Virus record (IMG/VR): IMGVR_UViG_3300024352_000021
DNA: 25,695 bases
Source of the DNA: an uncultured virus (IMG/VR IMGVR_UViG_3300024352_000021)
Lineage: Duplodnaviria; Heunggongvirae; Uroviricota; Caudoviricetes
Direction: 5' to 3' (one strand)
The number at the start of each line of letters is the position of its first letter. Positions within the stretch are counted from its first letter, which is position 1. The notes under the pieces are model-generated. The model was given only the letters and a program-made list of their open reading frames with translations. It was not told where the DNA came from and ran no database searches. Shown one piece after another: positions 1-8,596 of this stretch. The position numbers and the translations under genes are program-made.

Positions 1-38
1 GAATTGAAGCAGGATTCCAGGCACAAGTGCTCTCTTAA
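1..38 (+). CDS. 3' end of upstream gene (partial), probably tail terminator/completion protein
   Basis: Frame from nt 3 reads IEAGFQAQVLS then TAA (36-38). Function inferred only from its position before the tail tube gene. Confidence 0.35.
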   Translation, partial: IEAGFQAQVLS

Positions 39-114
39 TAACTAACAGCACTGGCGCTAACCTGTATTAAGCCGGGCTGTGCCCGCAACATTGTCCACCA
101 CTAGGTAACTACCG

Positions 115-882
115 ATGGCCACCGTTCTGTCGGGCACCTCCGGCGCCCTCTACTACTCCCCTGCTGGCACTACCGCCACGTTCGGCGAATCCGACGTGAA
201 TGACACCACTGATGTCATCACGATCGACACCTACCTGAACCTCAAGGTCGGCGACCCTGTGAAGTTCAGCATCGTCAACACCGAAACTGGCGCTGCTGGT
301 ACCGGCACCCTGCCCGCCGGATTGTCTGCAGGCACCACCTACTACGTGATCGGCTACACCGCCGCCACTGGCGCACTGACTGTTTCCGCCACCCTGGGCG
401 GTTCTTCGGTTGCGATCACCGATAACGGCACTGCTGTTTCCCCCAACGCCTTCAAAGTTGCTTACGCCGCCCCCGCCGCTGTGGGTTCCGTGCGTGAGTG
501 GAGCTTTGAAATCACCCGCTCCGAGATCGACGTGACCACCATTGGTCAGACTCTCGGCCAGTACGCTCCTTTCCGCAGCTACATCACCGGCTTCGCCGAT
601 GGTTCTGGCTCGGCCACCGTTTACACCACCGACGACGACACCAACCTGTCTAACCGGATGGTGGAAGACGTGCTGCAGCGCCAGCAAGTGGGCGCCACGA
701 TGAAGCTCTACATCGACCGCGTTGTGAGCGGCGGCACTGTGGACGACACCCTGAGCCGTTCGATCACCGTCCCCGTGATCCTGACCTCGGCCAGCCTCAC
801 CGTGAACCCTGACGACGGCCAGAGCGTGGAAATCGCTTTCCGCCCCAGTGACACCCCCACCTTCGACCTCACCAAGTCCTGA
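115..882 (+). CDS. Major tail (tube) protein
   Basis: 255 aa, T/G/S-rich. Tail-tube-like motifs (VREWSFEITRSEIDVTT, YITGFADGSGSATVY). Strong C-ending codon bias, followed by a terminator, chaperone and tape measure. Confidence 0.88.
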   Translation: MATVLSGTSGALYYSPAGTTATFGESDVNDTTDVITIDTYLNLKVGDPVKFSIVNTETGAAGTGTLPAGLSAGTTYYVIGYTAATGALTVSATLGGSSVAITDNGTAVSPNAFKVAYAAPAAVGSVREWSFEITRSEIDVTTIGQTLGQYAPFRSYITGFADGSGSATVYTTDDDTNLSNRMVEDVLQRQQVGATMKLYIDRVVSGGTVDDTLSRSITVPVILTSASLTVNPDDGQSVEIAFRPSDTPTFDLTKS

Positions 883-908
883 TACGCTGCTACAGCAGTC
901 AGTTCAGC

Positions 909-945
909 AACCCCCAGCTCCTAACCGGGCTGGGGTTTTTCTTTT
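909..945 (+). terminator. Intrinsic terminator after tail tube gene
   Basis: CCCCAGCTC (912-920) / GGGCTGGGG (927-935) stem, loop CTAACC, then TTTTTCTTTT. Confidence 0.85.
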
Positions 946-984
946 CTAGTCCGCTACACTATTGCCGTAACAGGCTGCCGATTT

Positions 985-1335
985 ATGCCCACCCCAACTC
1001 AAATGAGTGCCCTGGATCGCCTGCGCAAAGCAGCGAATCTGGAGCCCTCGAAAAAAGAAGTTGAGCTTAGCGATGGCTCCATCTTCGAGATGTGGGTCAC
1101 GCCTCTGACGATGGCTGAGCGCGAACGCGCCCAGAAACAAGCCAAATCAGACGATGCCACTGCCTTTGCCCTGCAGCTGCTGATCTCAAAAGCCTGCGAC
1201 GAAAGTGGGCAGAAGATGTTCAAGATCGGCGAAATCGACATCCTCAAGAACGAAGTTAAGGACAAGGATCTCCAGTCGCTGATGCTGGCAATTCTGACCG
1301 ACGACTCGGACCAGCTCGACAACAAAAGCGCTTGA
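985..1335 (+). CDS. Tail assembly chaperone (lambda gpG-like)
   Basis: 116 aa, charged and helical, in the canonical slot between tail tube and tape measure. Confidence 0.8.
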   Translation: MPTPTQMSALDRLRKAANLEPSKKEVELSDGSIFEMWVTPLTMAERERAQKQAKSDDATAFALQLLISKACDESGQKMFKIGEIDILKNEVKDKDLQSLMLAILTDDSDQLDNKSA

Positions 1336-1519
1336 GCGCGAGCTGGAGAAAGACAGCTACGTCTTCCTGCAGTTTTACGTCGCTAAGGAGTTGGGCATGA
1401 CGCTGAGCGAACTCCGCTCCCGCATGACCGACATGGAACTACTCGGCTGGAACGCTTACTTCACCGTTCGAGCCGAACAAGAGCGCAAAGCCTACGAATC
1501 CGCCAAACGCCGCCGCTAA
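1325..1519 (+). CDS. Tail assembly chaperone extension (gpT-like), +1 frame relative to upstream gene; not in the ORF track
   Basis: Reads KALERELEKDSYVFLQFYVAKELGMTLSELRSRMTDMELLGWNAYFTVRAEQERKAYESAKRRR*. The F..A.ELG.T..EL...M...E...W..Y pattern is typical of gpT-type extensions. Confidence 0.75.
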   Translation, partial: KALERELEKDSYVFLQFYVAKELGMTLSELRSRMTDMELLGWNAYFTVRAEQERKAYESAKRRR

Positions 1520-1535
1520 CCCCGGCGGCTTTTTG
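1509..1535 (+). terminator. Intrinsic terminator before tape measure
   Basis: GCCGCCG (1509-1515) / CGGCGGC (1523-1529) perfect stem, loop CTAACCC, then TTTTT. Confidence 0.75.
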
Positions 1536-1569
1536 CCGTCTACACTGGTGAAACGAACCAGGCAGTGCT

Positions 1570-4500
1570 GTGGCCAGTTACGACGCAGTAGTAAACCTAA
1601 ACGTAGTCGGCACTAACCGTCTGGAGCGTGTAAACGCAGCTGTAGGACAACTTAACGATTTAACTAGACAATTAAACAGTAATTTTAATCTGCTTGCTCC
1701 CGGAGGCGGCAAGCTCGGCGATAAATTACGACAAGCATTTGAACCAATTAGTAATTTTGCTCGTGAAGCCTCTAATGGAACAGCTAAATTAGCGAATACG
1801 CTTGCCGGAGCTGCTGCACAAGCTCAAGTATTTGCCACAGTTCTAGATAATGTAAAAATCCAAGCCGGAGGGTTAAGCGCACAAGAGGCGAGAGTAAAAA
1901 ACCTTAGTGCTGCGTGGTTAGAGACGACATTAAATGCTCAGCGTTATCAAAAAATACAAGACGAACTTAAAGCAAGCCAGCTTGCTGCTAAAGGCTTAAT
2001 GCAGTTGAGTAGCGGAGAGATTGTCCGTGGAACTGAGGCTGGCGTTGGTATTCAAGGTCCTCGTCTGCCACAAGCCTTAGGTGGGGGCATGGGTCTACCA
2101 CAAGGCGTATCTCTTTTAGCAGCTCCTGGACTACGCGGACTTCAAGGAGCCGTATCCAAACCTGGAATAGCGGATGCCATTATCGGTGGTGGCTTCCCCG
2201 CACTTTTCGGTGGCGGCCCTGGCGCGATGATCGGTGGCGCTGTTGGCGGTTTTGCGGGTGGCGCAATGGGCGGTCCACTAGGCATGGCGCTCAGCATCGG
2301 CTTATCTGCCGTAGGTCAAAAATTCGACCAGATTTTCGGAAACGCCATACAAAAAACATCTGAACTAGGAACAGCACTAAATCGCTTAGATATACAAGTT
2401 TTGCGCGATTCTACGGTTGTAGTCACAGCCGAACTAGAAACACAAGTACGCCTTTTGCGGGAGGCAGGCAAGTACGATCAAGCCAGAGCCGTTATAGCAA
2501 AAGAACTTGCAGCGCAGACAGGAGCTACTGGCACCTCCATACAAGATTCAGCTGCTGCAACAAATCGCTTAACCTCGGCATGGCAATCTACACAAAGCAT
2601 ATTTAGTACGTTACTTGCATCTTTAACTGTCGATTTCCAAAACGGTTTAGCTGCTGCCCTACAACTGATAAATTTAATCTTCAAAGGTATCAATGTAGTC
2701 GTATCTGGAGCACGCGCACTAGGTGACATAATCAATAAGTACGCACCTCCGCTAAACATAGTTGGAGCAATCCTACAGCGAATAGCAGCACTACTACCTA
2801 AAAATACAGAAGAGCAGGCCAAGTTAAACGCCGCTGTCGAGGCAGAACTAGACGCAGGATACCGAAATATTAAACTAAAAAATGATCTACTCGGTGTAGA
2901 GCGCCAGCGTTTAGATGGTACAAATCGTATCGCCAGGGCTAGTCAGATTGAAGCGGATTACAAATCAAAAGCCCTGCAAATTCAGAGCGATTTACAAGAA
3001 AAAATCTATAAAATAAATCTTAACGGGGCGAATCTCGCTCCAGAACTTGTGCAAGCTCAACGAGATCAAGCTGCTGCGGCAGCAGCTCAAGACCTTGCGG
3101 AAGCTGCAATCACAAAAGAAAAAGCTCAGCAAAAATTGCTGATCCAAGAGCAGACTGCTGCGTTGCAGATGGCGGCGGATAGCCGAAAAGCAGAGTTGCA
3201 AGCTATTCAAATACTGCTTTCTGGTGAAGTACAGCGTCACCAGATAGGCATCGAACGTTTGCAGCAGCAACAGGAGTTTGCACTTTCGTTGAATGAGGAA
3301 GCCGGGATTATTGGCCGCATCGCAGAAATGCGTAAACAGCAAGCGCAGGCTGAGTACCAAGCTAGTGTTGTTGCTGCACAAGCCGCAGTTGAACTAGCTG
3401 CAAGCGAATTAACAATAGTAGAAACACGTTACCGCCGAAATGAAGCAGACATTGAACAGTTAAATACAGCACGTCTAAATCTCCAAACTACCCAGCTGCA
3501 AGCTGGCGTAGACACGCAGATTGCCGGACTTAAATTTGAACAAGCTAACCGCACTATACAAATACAAGCAGCACAGCAACAACTTAATGCTTATGTTCAA
3601 GAGTATGAACGTTCACATACCCGCGTAAAACTACAACTCGATGAACAACTTAATGCTCTAAACAATCAAGCACGTCTCACAAGTGCTCTGAGTCAAGCCG
3701 TCCAAACAGTCAATAACATCGAAATCCAGGCCCTCGAACGCGAACTGGAGCGCACAACTAGCGTCAGCCGCCGTAAAGAAATTATTCAGCGCATTTACGA
3801 CTTAGAAGTACAAAACGCAAAAGTAGTCTTCGAGGCTACTAAAGCACAAATTGAACTTGAAATTGCTCGTGAGGTTATTGCGTTTAGGCGTGTAGAACTT
3901 CAGGTAAAACTAACGCAGGCCACATTAGAGGAAGCCCGCGCCAAAGGTATCGTTAACCGCTCTCATTACGATGCTGTTAACGCAGCGCGGTCCGCTTTAA
4001 GTATTGCTTCCGATAACCTTTCAGTAGCTCGCCAAATCGGGCAAGCCCAACTCCAAGCTGCTGGAGCTGTATACAACGCAGCGGTCAATGCCGCAAAACT
4101 CCGTTCTGAAACCTTAGCAGCACAAGGCGCTGCTAATGCTTACGCTAATTCGATGGAGCGTGCCGCTAATGCGTGGAGAGTTTTAAGTAAAGAAACAGAC
4201 CCGAGCAAACCTGGATATTTTGCACGAAAAGGTCCAATAGGGGAAATCGGCACACAAACAATTAGAACATTTACTCCTAAGAGCCCACCAAGTTTTGCTG
4301 CTATGGCGACAGGTGGATATGTAAATAAACCAACAACTGCCTTAATTGGAGAAGGCGGCGAAGGCGAATATGTCGTACCAGAGTCCAAAGCAGCCAGTTT
4401 CGCCAAGAACTATCTCCTTGGTGCTCGTGGTTCGGCTGCTATTCCGCAATTTGCTGAAGGCGGGTATGTTGGCCCCATCAACATCACCACCGGACCTGTC

Positions 4501-4626
4501 TTGCAGCAAAACGGCGAGCGTTACGTCACGATGGGCGACCTCGAAGGCGCAATGCAGACCGTTATTAGCACCATCCTCAATAACGGTCGCACCAACGGCG
4601 GTCGCCAGTACACCGGAATCCGATGA
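1570..4626 (+). CDS. Tail tape measure protein
   Basis: 1018 aa, A/Q/L-rich coiled coil with a Gly-rich hydrophobic segment (GGGFPALFGGGPG). C-terminal ATGGYV..PT.ALIGEGGEGEYVVP and FAEGGYV motifs are typical of tape measures. Confidence 0.92.
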   Translation: MASYDAVVNLNVVGTNRLERVNAAVGQLNDLTRQLNSNFNLLAPGGGKLGDKLRQAFEPISNFAREASNGTAKLANTLAGAAAQAQVFATVLDNVKIQAGGLSAQEARVKNLSAAWLETTLNAQRYQKIQDELKASQLAAKGLMQLSSGEIVRGTEAGVGIQGPRLPQALGGGMGLPQGVSLLAAPGLRGLQGAVSKPGIADAIIGGGFPALFGGGPGAMIGGAVGGFAGGAMGGPLGMALSIGLSAVGQKFDQIFGNAIQKTSELGTALNRLDIQVLRDSTVVVTAELETQVRLLREAGKYDQARAVIAKELAAQTGATGTSIQDSAAATNRLTSAWQSTQSIFSTLLASLTVDFQNGLAAALQLINLIFKGINVVVSGARALGDIINKYAPPLNIVGAILQRIAALLPKNTEEQAKLNAAVEAELDAGYRNIKLKNDLLGVERQRLDGTNRIARASQIEADYKSKALQIQSDLQEKIYKINLNGANLAPELVQAQRDQAAAAAAQDLAEAAITKEKAQQKLLIQEQTAALQMAADSRKAELQAIQILLSGEVQRHQIGIERLQQQQEFALSLNEEAGIIGRIAEMRKQQAQAEYQASVVAAQAAVELAASELTIVETRYRRNEADIEQLNTARLNLQTTQLQAGVDTQIAGLKFEQANRTIQIQAAQQQLNAYVQEYERSHTRVKLQLDEQLNALNNQARLTSALSQAVQTVNNIEIQALERELERTTSVSRRKEIIQRIYDLEVQNAKVVFEATKAQIELEIAREVIAFRRVELQVKLTQATLEEARAKGIVNRSHYDAVNAARSALSIASDNLSVARQIGQAQLQAAGAVYNAAVNAAKLRSETLAAQGAANAYANSMERAANAWRVLSKETDPSKPGYFARKGPIGEIGTQTIRTFTPKSPPSFAAMATGGYVNKPTTALIGEGGEGEYVVPESKAASFAKNYLLGARGSAAIPQFAEGGYVGPINITTGPVLQQNGERYVTMGDLEGAMQTVISTILNNGRTNGGRQYTGIR

Positions 4627-5087
4627 GCAACAGAGGTCAAGCCCAATACCTACGTATCTTCGACGGCGCCACCACCTACCTGCGCTGGCAGAACTACTAC
4701 GTCGGTCAGACCGTCACTTGGGACAGCCAAGCCTGGGACTACTACCCCTTTTTGGCTAACGGTTTGATCGGCGGCAGCACCGGCAGCGATACCGGAGTCA
4801 CGATCACTGTCCCCGCCACATCGGATGCTGTTCCCGAGTTTGAAACGGCGCTATCCGCCAACTACCTAATTGAGCTGAAGCTGTACGAGTTCAGCACAGC
4901 ACTCAGCCAAAACCAACCGCAGGCGTCCCAACTCCTGATCGGCGCATACATTGGCGAAGTAATCGGCATCAGCGGATCTTTTTCGACGTGGCAGGTCCAG
5001 CTAGGCTCAGGTTTAGCCCCGGTTGGAGCGCAAGCCCCGCCGCGTAAGTTCACCAGCCTGCTGGTGGGAGCACCCCTCAGGTTATGA
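4623..5087 (+). CDS. Minor tail / tail-tip protein (possibly gpL-like)
   Basis: 154 aa, ATGA-coupled to the tape measure, beta-rich, C-terminal P.RKFT motif. Assignment mostly positional. Confidence 0.55.
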   Translation: MSNRGQAQYLRIFDGATTYLRWQNYYVGQTVTWDSQAWDYYPFLANGLIGGSTGSDTGVTITVPATSDAVPEFETALSANYLIELKLYEFSTALSQNQPQASQLLIGAYIGEVIGISGSFSTWQVQLGSGLAPVGAQAPPRKFTSLLVGAPLRL

Positions 5088-7408
5088 GTCTTAAGATCAG
5101 CGATCCCCTGTCACTGCTGCCTTACCAGTCCGGTCTGGTGGCACCACCGCTGGTTGAAGGTGCAGCACAGGGACAAGGCTCGCTCGATAGCCAGCAGATC
5201 ACGATCACGCTTGGCGAGCCCGTGCCGATTGTGTTCGGGCGCCGGATTGATAACATCGGCGGCGTCTTCGTTAGCCCTGGTGCTACTGAGGGGCGCTACC
5301 AAAACAACGGCACCACCAATGAACTGACTGTGCGCCTGCAGCTGGTGCTCAGCGAGGGAAACGTTCCACCGCTGCAACTACGCGACGTATTTCAGCGTGC
5401 CTGTCGGGTGGGCACCTGGAAGCAAAGCTACGACGCACGCACCGAAAACTGGACGCCGGGCAACTTCATCACCGCTGTCGCTGGCACCGAATTCTGGAAC
5501 TGCCCGTATTACTGCGGCACCGGCGGCACCTACGACAACATGACGACCCTCAGCTATCTCAATACCCACGCTGACGGTGACATGACCTGGGACAAGCAGG
5601 TCCACTGCTTTGTGCGCGAGGGTATGCAGGTAACGCGCATCCTTGATAGCACTTTTGGTCCTAGCAACAATGTTGTTGACCTGGCGTTGTACCTGATTCG
5701 CCAGAGCAGTCGTTTTCCTGAGGATATGCTGGATCTGACCGCAATGGCGGATGCAGCAGAGTTCACCAACGCAAACGGCTTCTTTTATAACGGTATTTTC
5801 AAGGAATCAACGAACCTTGAAGATTGGCTCCAGCAAATTGGCCGCAACTTTCTACTGCGTATTAGCGACAAAGCAGGTAAGAAAGGATTCAAGCCACGGC
5901 TGCCCGTTAACAACGATGGCACTATTTATACCGGCGTCATCTCGTGGGTCTTCACCTTCACCGAAGAGCACATCTTGCCGGATGGCTTCGAGATCGAGTA
6001 CATCCCACTTGCGGAGCGCAAGCCGATCTGTGCTCAGATGCTTTGGCGTCAGCAACCTGACAATGACATTGGCATCATTCGCACTACAGAAGTACGCCTC
6101 GAAGGTGAGGCAGCCAACGGACCATTCGAGCAATACGATCTCAGCCAGTTTTGCGCGTCTGAAAACCACGCGGTAAAGATCGGCGCATACGAAGTCGCCA
6201 AACGCAAATTCGTTACGCACATTCTCCGACTAAAAGTTCTCCCGGCTGCCTATAACAGCACGCTGGAGCTAGGCGACATTGTGCGTGTGCAGTTGAAGCG
6301 CGAAAACGTTGACGGTCAGATCACGCTGCACGATTACCTGTACGAAGTGGAGCGCATTAACCGGGAGAATACCGGGCGCGTGGAGCTGGATCTTGTCTAC
6401 TTCCCGGTGAGTCCGTCCGGCGTGAGCATTTTGGCTAACTATGTAGCTAATGCTGTTGGTCCTGGTTTTACGGTGCCAACCGGGCGTGCTGATTTCCAGT
6501 GCGACATTGCCGGTCGCCGGGAGGACACAACGCCGCTGGTTAGCGACCCTTATACACCACCGACACCGCCAGATCCAGCGGATTATGAATACGACCTTCC
6601 CGATAATGTCGACTGGTCCACGCCTGGTTCACCCGGACCGAACACTGATAATCCAGATGATCCTGTTGATACACCTACACCTCAAATCGGCGGTATTCCT
6701 ACCGGTCGTCCGCTCTTACCTGGTGATGAATTGACCCTTGACGCCGGATGTCCTAACGCATATACCGAATGGTGGCTGTGTCAAATGGCACCTCAAGGAA
6801 CGGTTTTCGATCCCGATAGTTCCTGTAAAAAAGTTGGTGAAGGTATAGCAGCCGTTCTTGCTATCACAAATGTACTACTTGATGAATATCCCGGATGGGG
6901 GATATACGCTGTAGGAAGATGCCCAGACCCCAGTTCGCCCACTGGATACGGCGAACCTCGTTTTTCGACTGCAGATGTATCATTGCCCGAAGCGTTTGCG
7001 CAAAAGACGGGAACGCTCGGTACCTATAGGCTTAGCGCGATAGAAAAATATAGATTTGGTCTGCCAGATCCGGGATTATATCCGCTATCTGGTACAACTG
7101 TGAATTGTACAACAGGTGCGTATGGCCCTTGGAGCTGGAACGAAATATATCCAACGCGCACAAACATCGTAAGTGTTACCGCATACGGATTAAGGGCGTG
7201 GGCGGCTACTGCCACTATCACAGCCACATGTGATACATCCGCATCGCCAACTTTAATACCTATACTTACTTATCAGACATTAAATAGTTCCGGTGTGTGG
7301 TCATCGCCCATAGTGTACGACTCTTCTCTTAGCGGTTCATATTACGAAGGGTATATTCCTACGCCTGCTACTTATTTTAAGGGGTACATGAATTTAACTA
7401 TTGCTTGA
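5084..7408 (+). CDS. Tail tip / central hub protein (gpJ-like) with variable C-terminal domain
   Basis: 774 aa. GEPVPIVFG and GPSNNVVDLALYL motifs and LELGDIVRV are typical of J-like tip proteins. Pro/Asp-rich linker then a Cys/Tyr/Thr-rich C-terminus. Confidence 0.75.
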   Translation: MSLKISDPLSLLPYQSGLVAPPLVEGAAQGQGSLDSQQITITLGEPVPIVFGRRIDNIGGVFVSPGATEGRYQNNGTTNELTVRLQLVLSEGNVPPLQLRDVFQRACRVGTWKQSYDARTENWTPGNFITAVAGTEFWNCPYYCGTGGTYDNMTTLSYLNTHADGDMTWDKQVHCFVREGMQVTRILDSTFGPSNNVVDLALYLIRQSSRFPEDMLDLTAMADAAEFTNANGFFYNGIFKESTNLEDWLQQIGRNFLLRISDKAGKKGFKPRLPVNNDGTIYTGVISWVFTFTEEHILPDGFEIEYIPLAERKPICAQMLWRQQPDNDIGIIRTTEVRLEGEAANGPFEQYDLSQFCASENHAVKIGAYEVAKRKFVTHILRLKVLPAAYNSTLELGDIVRVQLKRENVDGQITLHDYLYEVERINRENTGRVELDLVYFPVSPSGVSILANYVANAVGPGFTVPTGRADFQCDIAGRREDTTPLVSDPYTPPTPPDPADYEYDLPDNVDWSTPGSPGPNTDNPDDPVDTPTPQIGGIPTGRPLLPGDELTLDAGCPNAYTEWWLCQMAPQGTVFDPDSSCKKVGEGIAAVLAITNVLLDEYPGWGIYAVGRCPDPSSPTGYGEPRFSTADVSLPEAFAQKTGTLGTYRLSAIEKYRFGLPDPGLYPLSGTTVNCTTGAYGPWSWNEIYPTRTNIVSVTAYGLRAWAATATITATCDTSASPTLIPILTYQTLNSSGVWSSPIVYDSSLSGSYYEGYIPTPATYFKGYMNLTIA

Positions 7409-8079
7409 CCATGGCCACCTTCCCAGCCCTACAGCCGACTGCCCGGACCTACATCCCAGGTCAGGCTGCTGCAACGCCAATCGGATCACTCGATGGCAGC
7501 GAACTAAGCGTGCGCCACGTCAACGCCAGCACCGGCTACACCCTGCGCCTGGGCTTCAACGGTCTATCGCAAACCGATCACTTCTCGATCATCAGTCATT
7601 ACATGCTCCACGGCAGATTTCAGCCGTTCGATTTGCCCCCGTCTGTAGTCGCTGGAGCAAACTTTGAGTTCCCCTCGGGTTACTCCTGGATTTACGTCAA
7701 GAGCCCCGATACTGAATACTCACCAGGTGTCGTAACTACAAGCGTCGAGCTAGAACTTGTCCCTAATAACCCTTTCCTTTCTAGTCCCGATTCCATCCTG
7801 CTGTGTCCTGCAGGTCAGCAATCCGGCGGTCAGGGCACATACGTCCAGACCTACGACATTGGACCTGGTACTGGCACATTTGACTTCACTTATTCCGCAT
7901 TTACGATTCCAGATAAGTTCACAATTACTGGCGCTGCTTACTACAACAGCGGCTTTGTAACCGGCACGAATGTGACTGTCCCAATTACTAAAACCAACAC
8001 CGGCAGGTACGTTACCGTGACAGTTTCAGCCCCAGATGTAAGCACACAGTGGGAATACACTGTGGGCTGCACCTACTGA
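7405..8079 (+). CDS. Minor tail protein (distal-tail/gpM-like N-domain plus C-terminal beta domain); start may be ATG 7411
   Basis: MATFPALQP...L.LGFNGLSQ...I..HY...G.F..F..P N-domain. C-terminal GGQG..TYD.G..TG.F.F.Y.AF.IPDKF domain bracketed by two Cys. Confidence 0.6.
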   Translation: MTMATFPALQPTARTYIPGQAAATPIGSLDGSELSVRHVNASTGYTLRLGFNGLSQTDHFSIISHYMLHGRFQPFDLPPSVVAGANFEFPSGYSWIYVKSPDTEYSPGVVTTSVELELVPNNPFLSSPDSILLCPAGQQSGGQGTYVQTYDIGPGTGTFDFTYSAFTIPDKFTITGAAYYNSGFVTGTNVTVPITKTNTGRYVTVTVSAPDVSTQWEYTVGCTY

Positions 8080-8080
8080 T

Positions 8081-8596
8081 ATGACGACGTTTCCCTCACT
8101 GGTGCCGAATCAAATCAGCTTTGATGCTGGGCGCTCGAACATCAGCGAGGTCTCAACGTATGCCGGACCCGTTCGTTTCCGCCACAGCCAGCGCGTTAAC
8201 GGACACACGTTGCAACTGACATTTCGTGGTCTGAGCCAGGCAGCCGCCGACTCGATCCGCAACCACTATTCCGACAATCAGGGCACGCACGGATACTTTG
8301 AGGTGCCAGCCGGAATCTGGGGCGGGCTAACCGTCGTCAACTCAGATTCCCTCTACCGTTACACATCTCCGCCAGAAGAGCAGCATACTGGGCTCCACTA
8401 CAACGTCAGCATCTCGCTGCGTGTGATCGACGGCGTAACGCTGCTCTACATCTTGGACTGCGGTGGTGCCACACTCCCTGCAAATTCCACGTTCCTGTCG
8501 TTTGCGTTTTCTGGTACTGCGCCATTTATCCTTGACAGTAATGGCGCATCGCCCGCGCCTACATTGTTGTTAGACGGCACAGGTGCGACCCAGTGA
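8081..8596 (+). CDS. Minor tail protein, paralogue of 7405-8079 N-domain
   Basis: MTTFPSLVP...LQLTFRGLSQ...IRNHY...G..GYFEVP. C-terminal repeated (I/L)LD.xGA motifs. Confidence 0.6.
   Translation: MTTFPSLVPNQISFDAGRSNISEVSTYAGPVRFRHSQRVNGHTLQLTFRGLSQAAADSIRNHYSDNQGTHGYFEVPAGIWGGLTVVNSDSLYRYTSPPEEQHTGLHYNVSISLRVIDGVTLLYILDCGGATLPANSTFLSFAFSGTAPFILDSNGASPAPTLLLDGTGATQ

Noticed and set aside
109..687. Long antisense/alternate-frame ORFs (e.g. 109-687, 8446-9225, 16415-17017, 17507-17998, 22643-23077)
   Set aside because: They shadow well-supported genes with strong codon bias and have no recognisable motifs.
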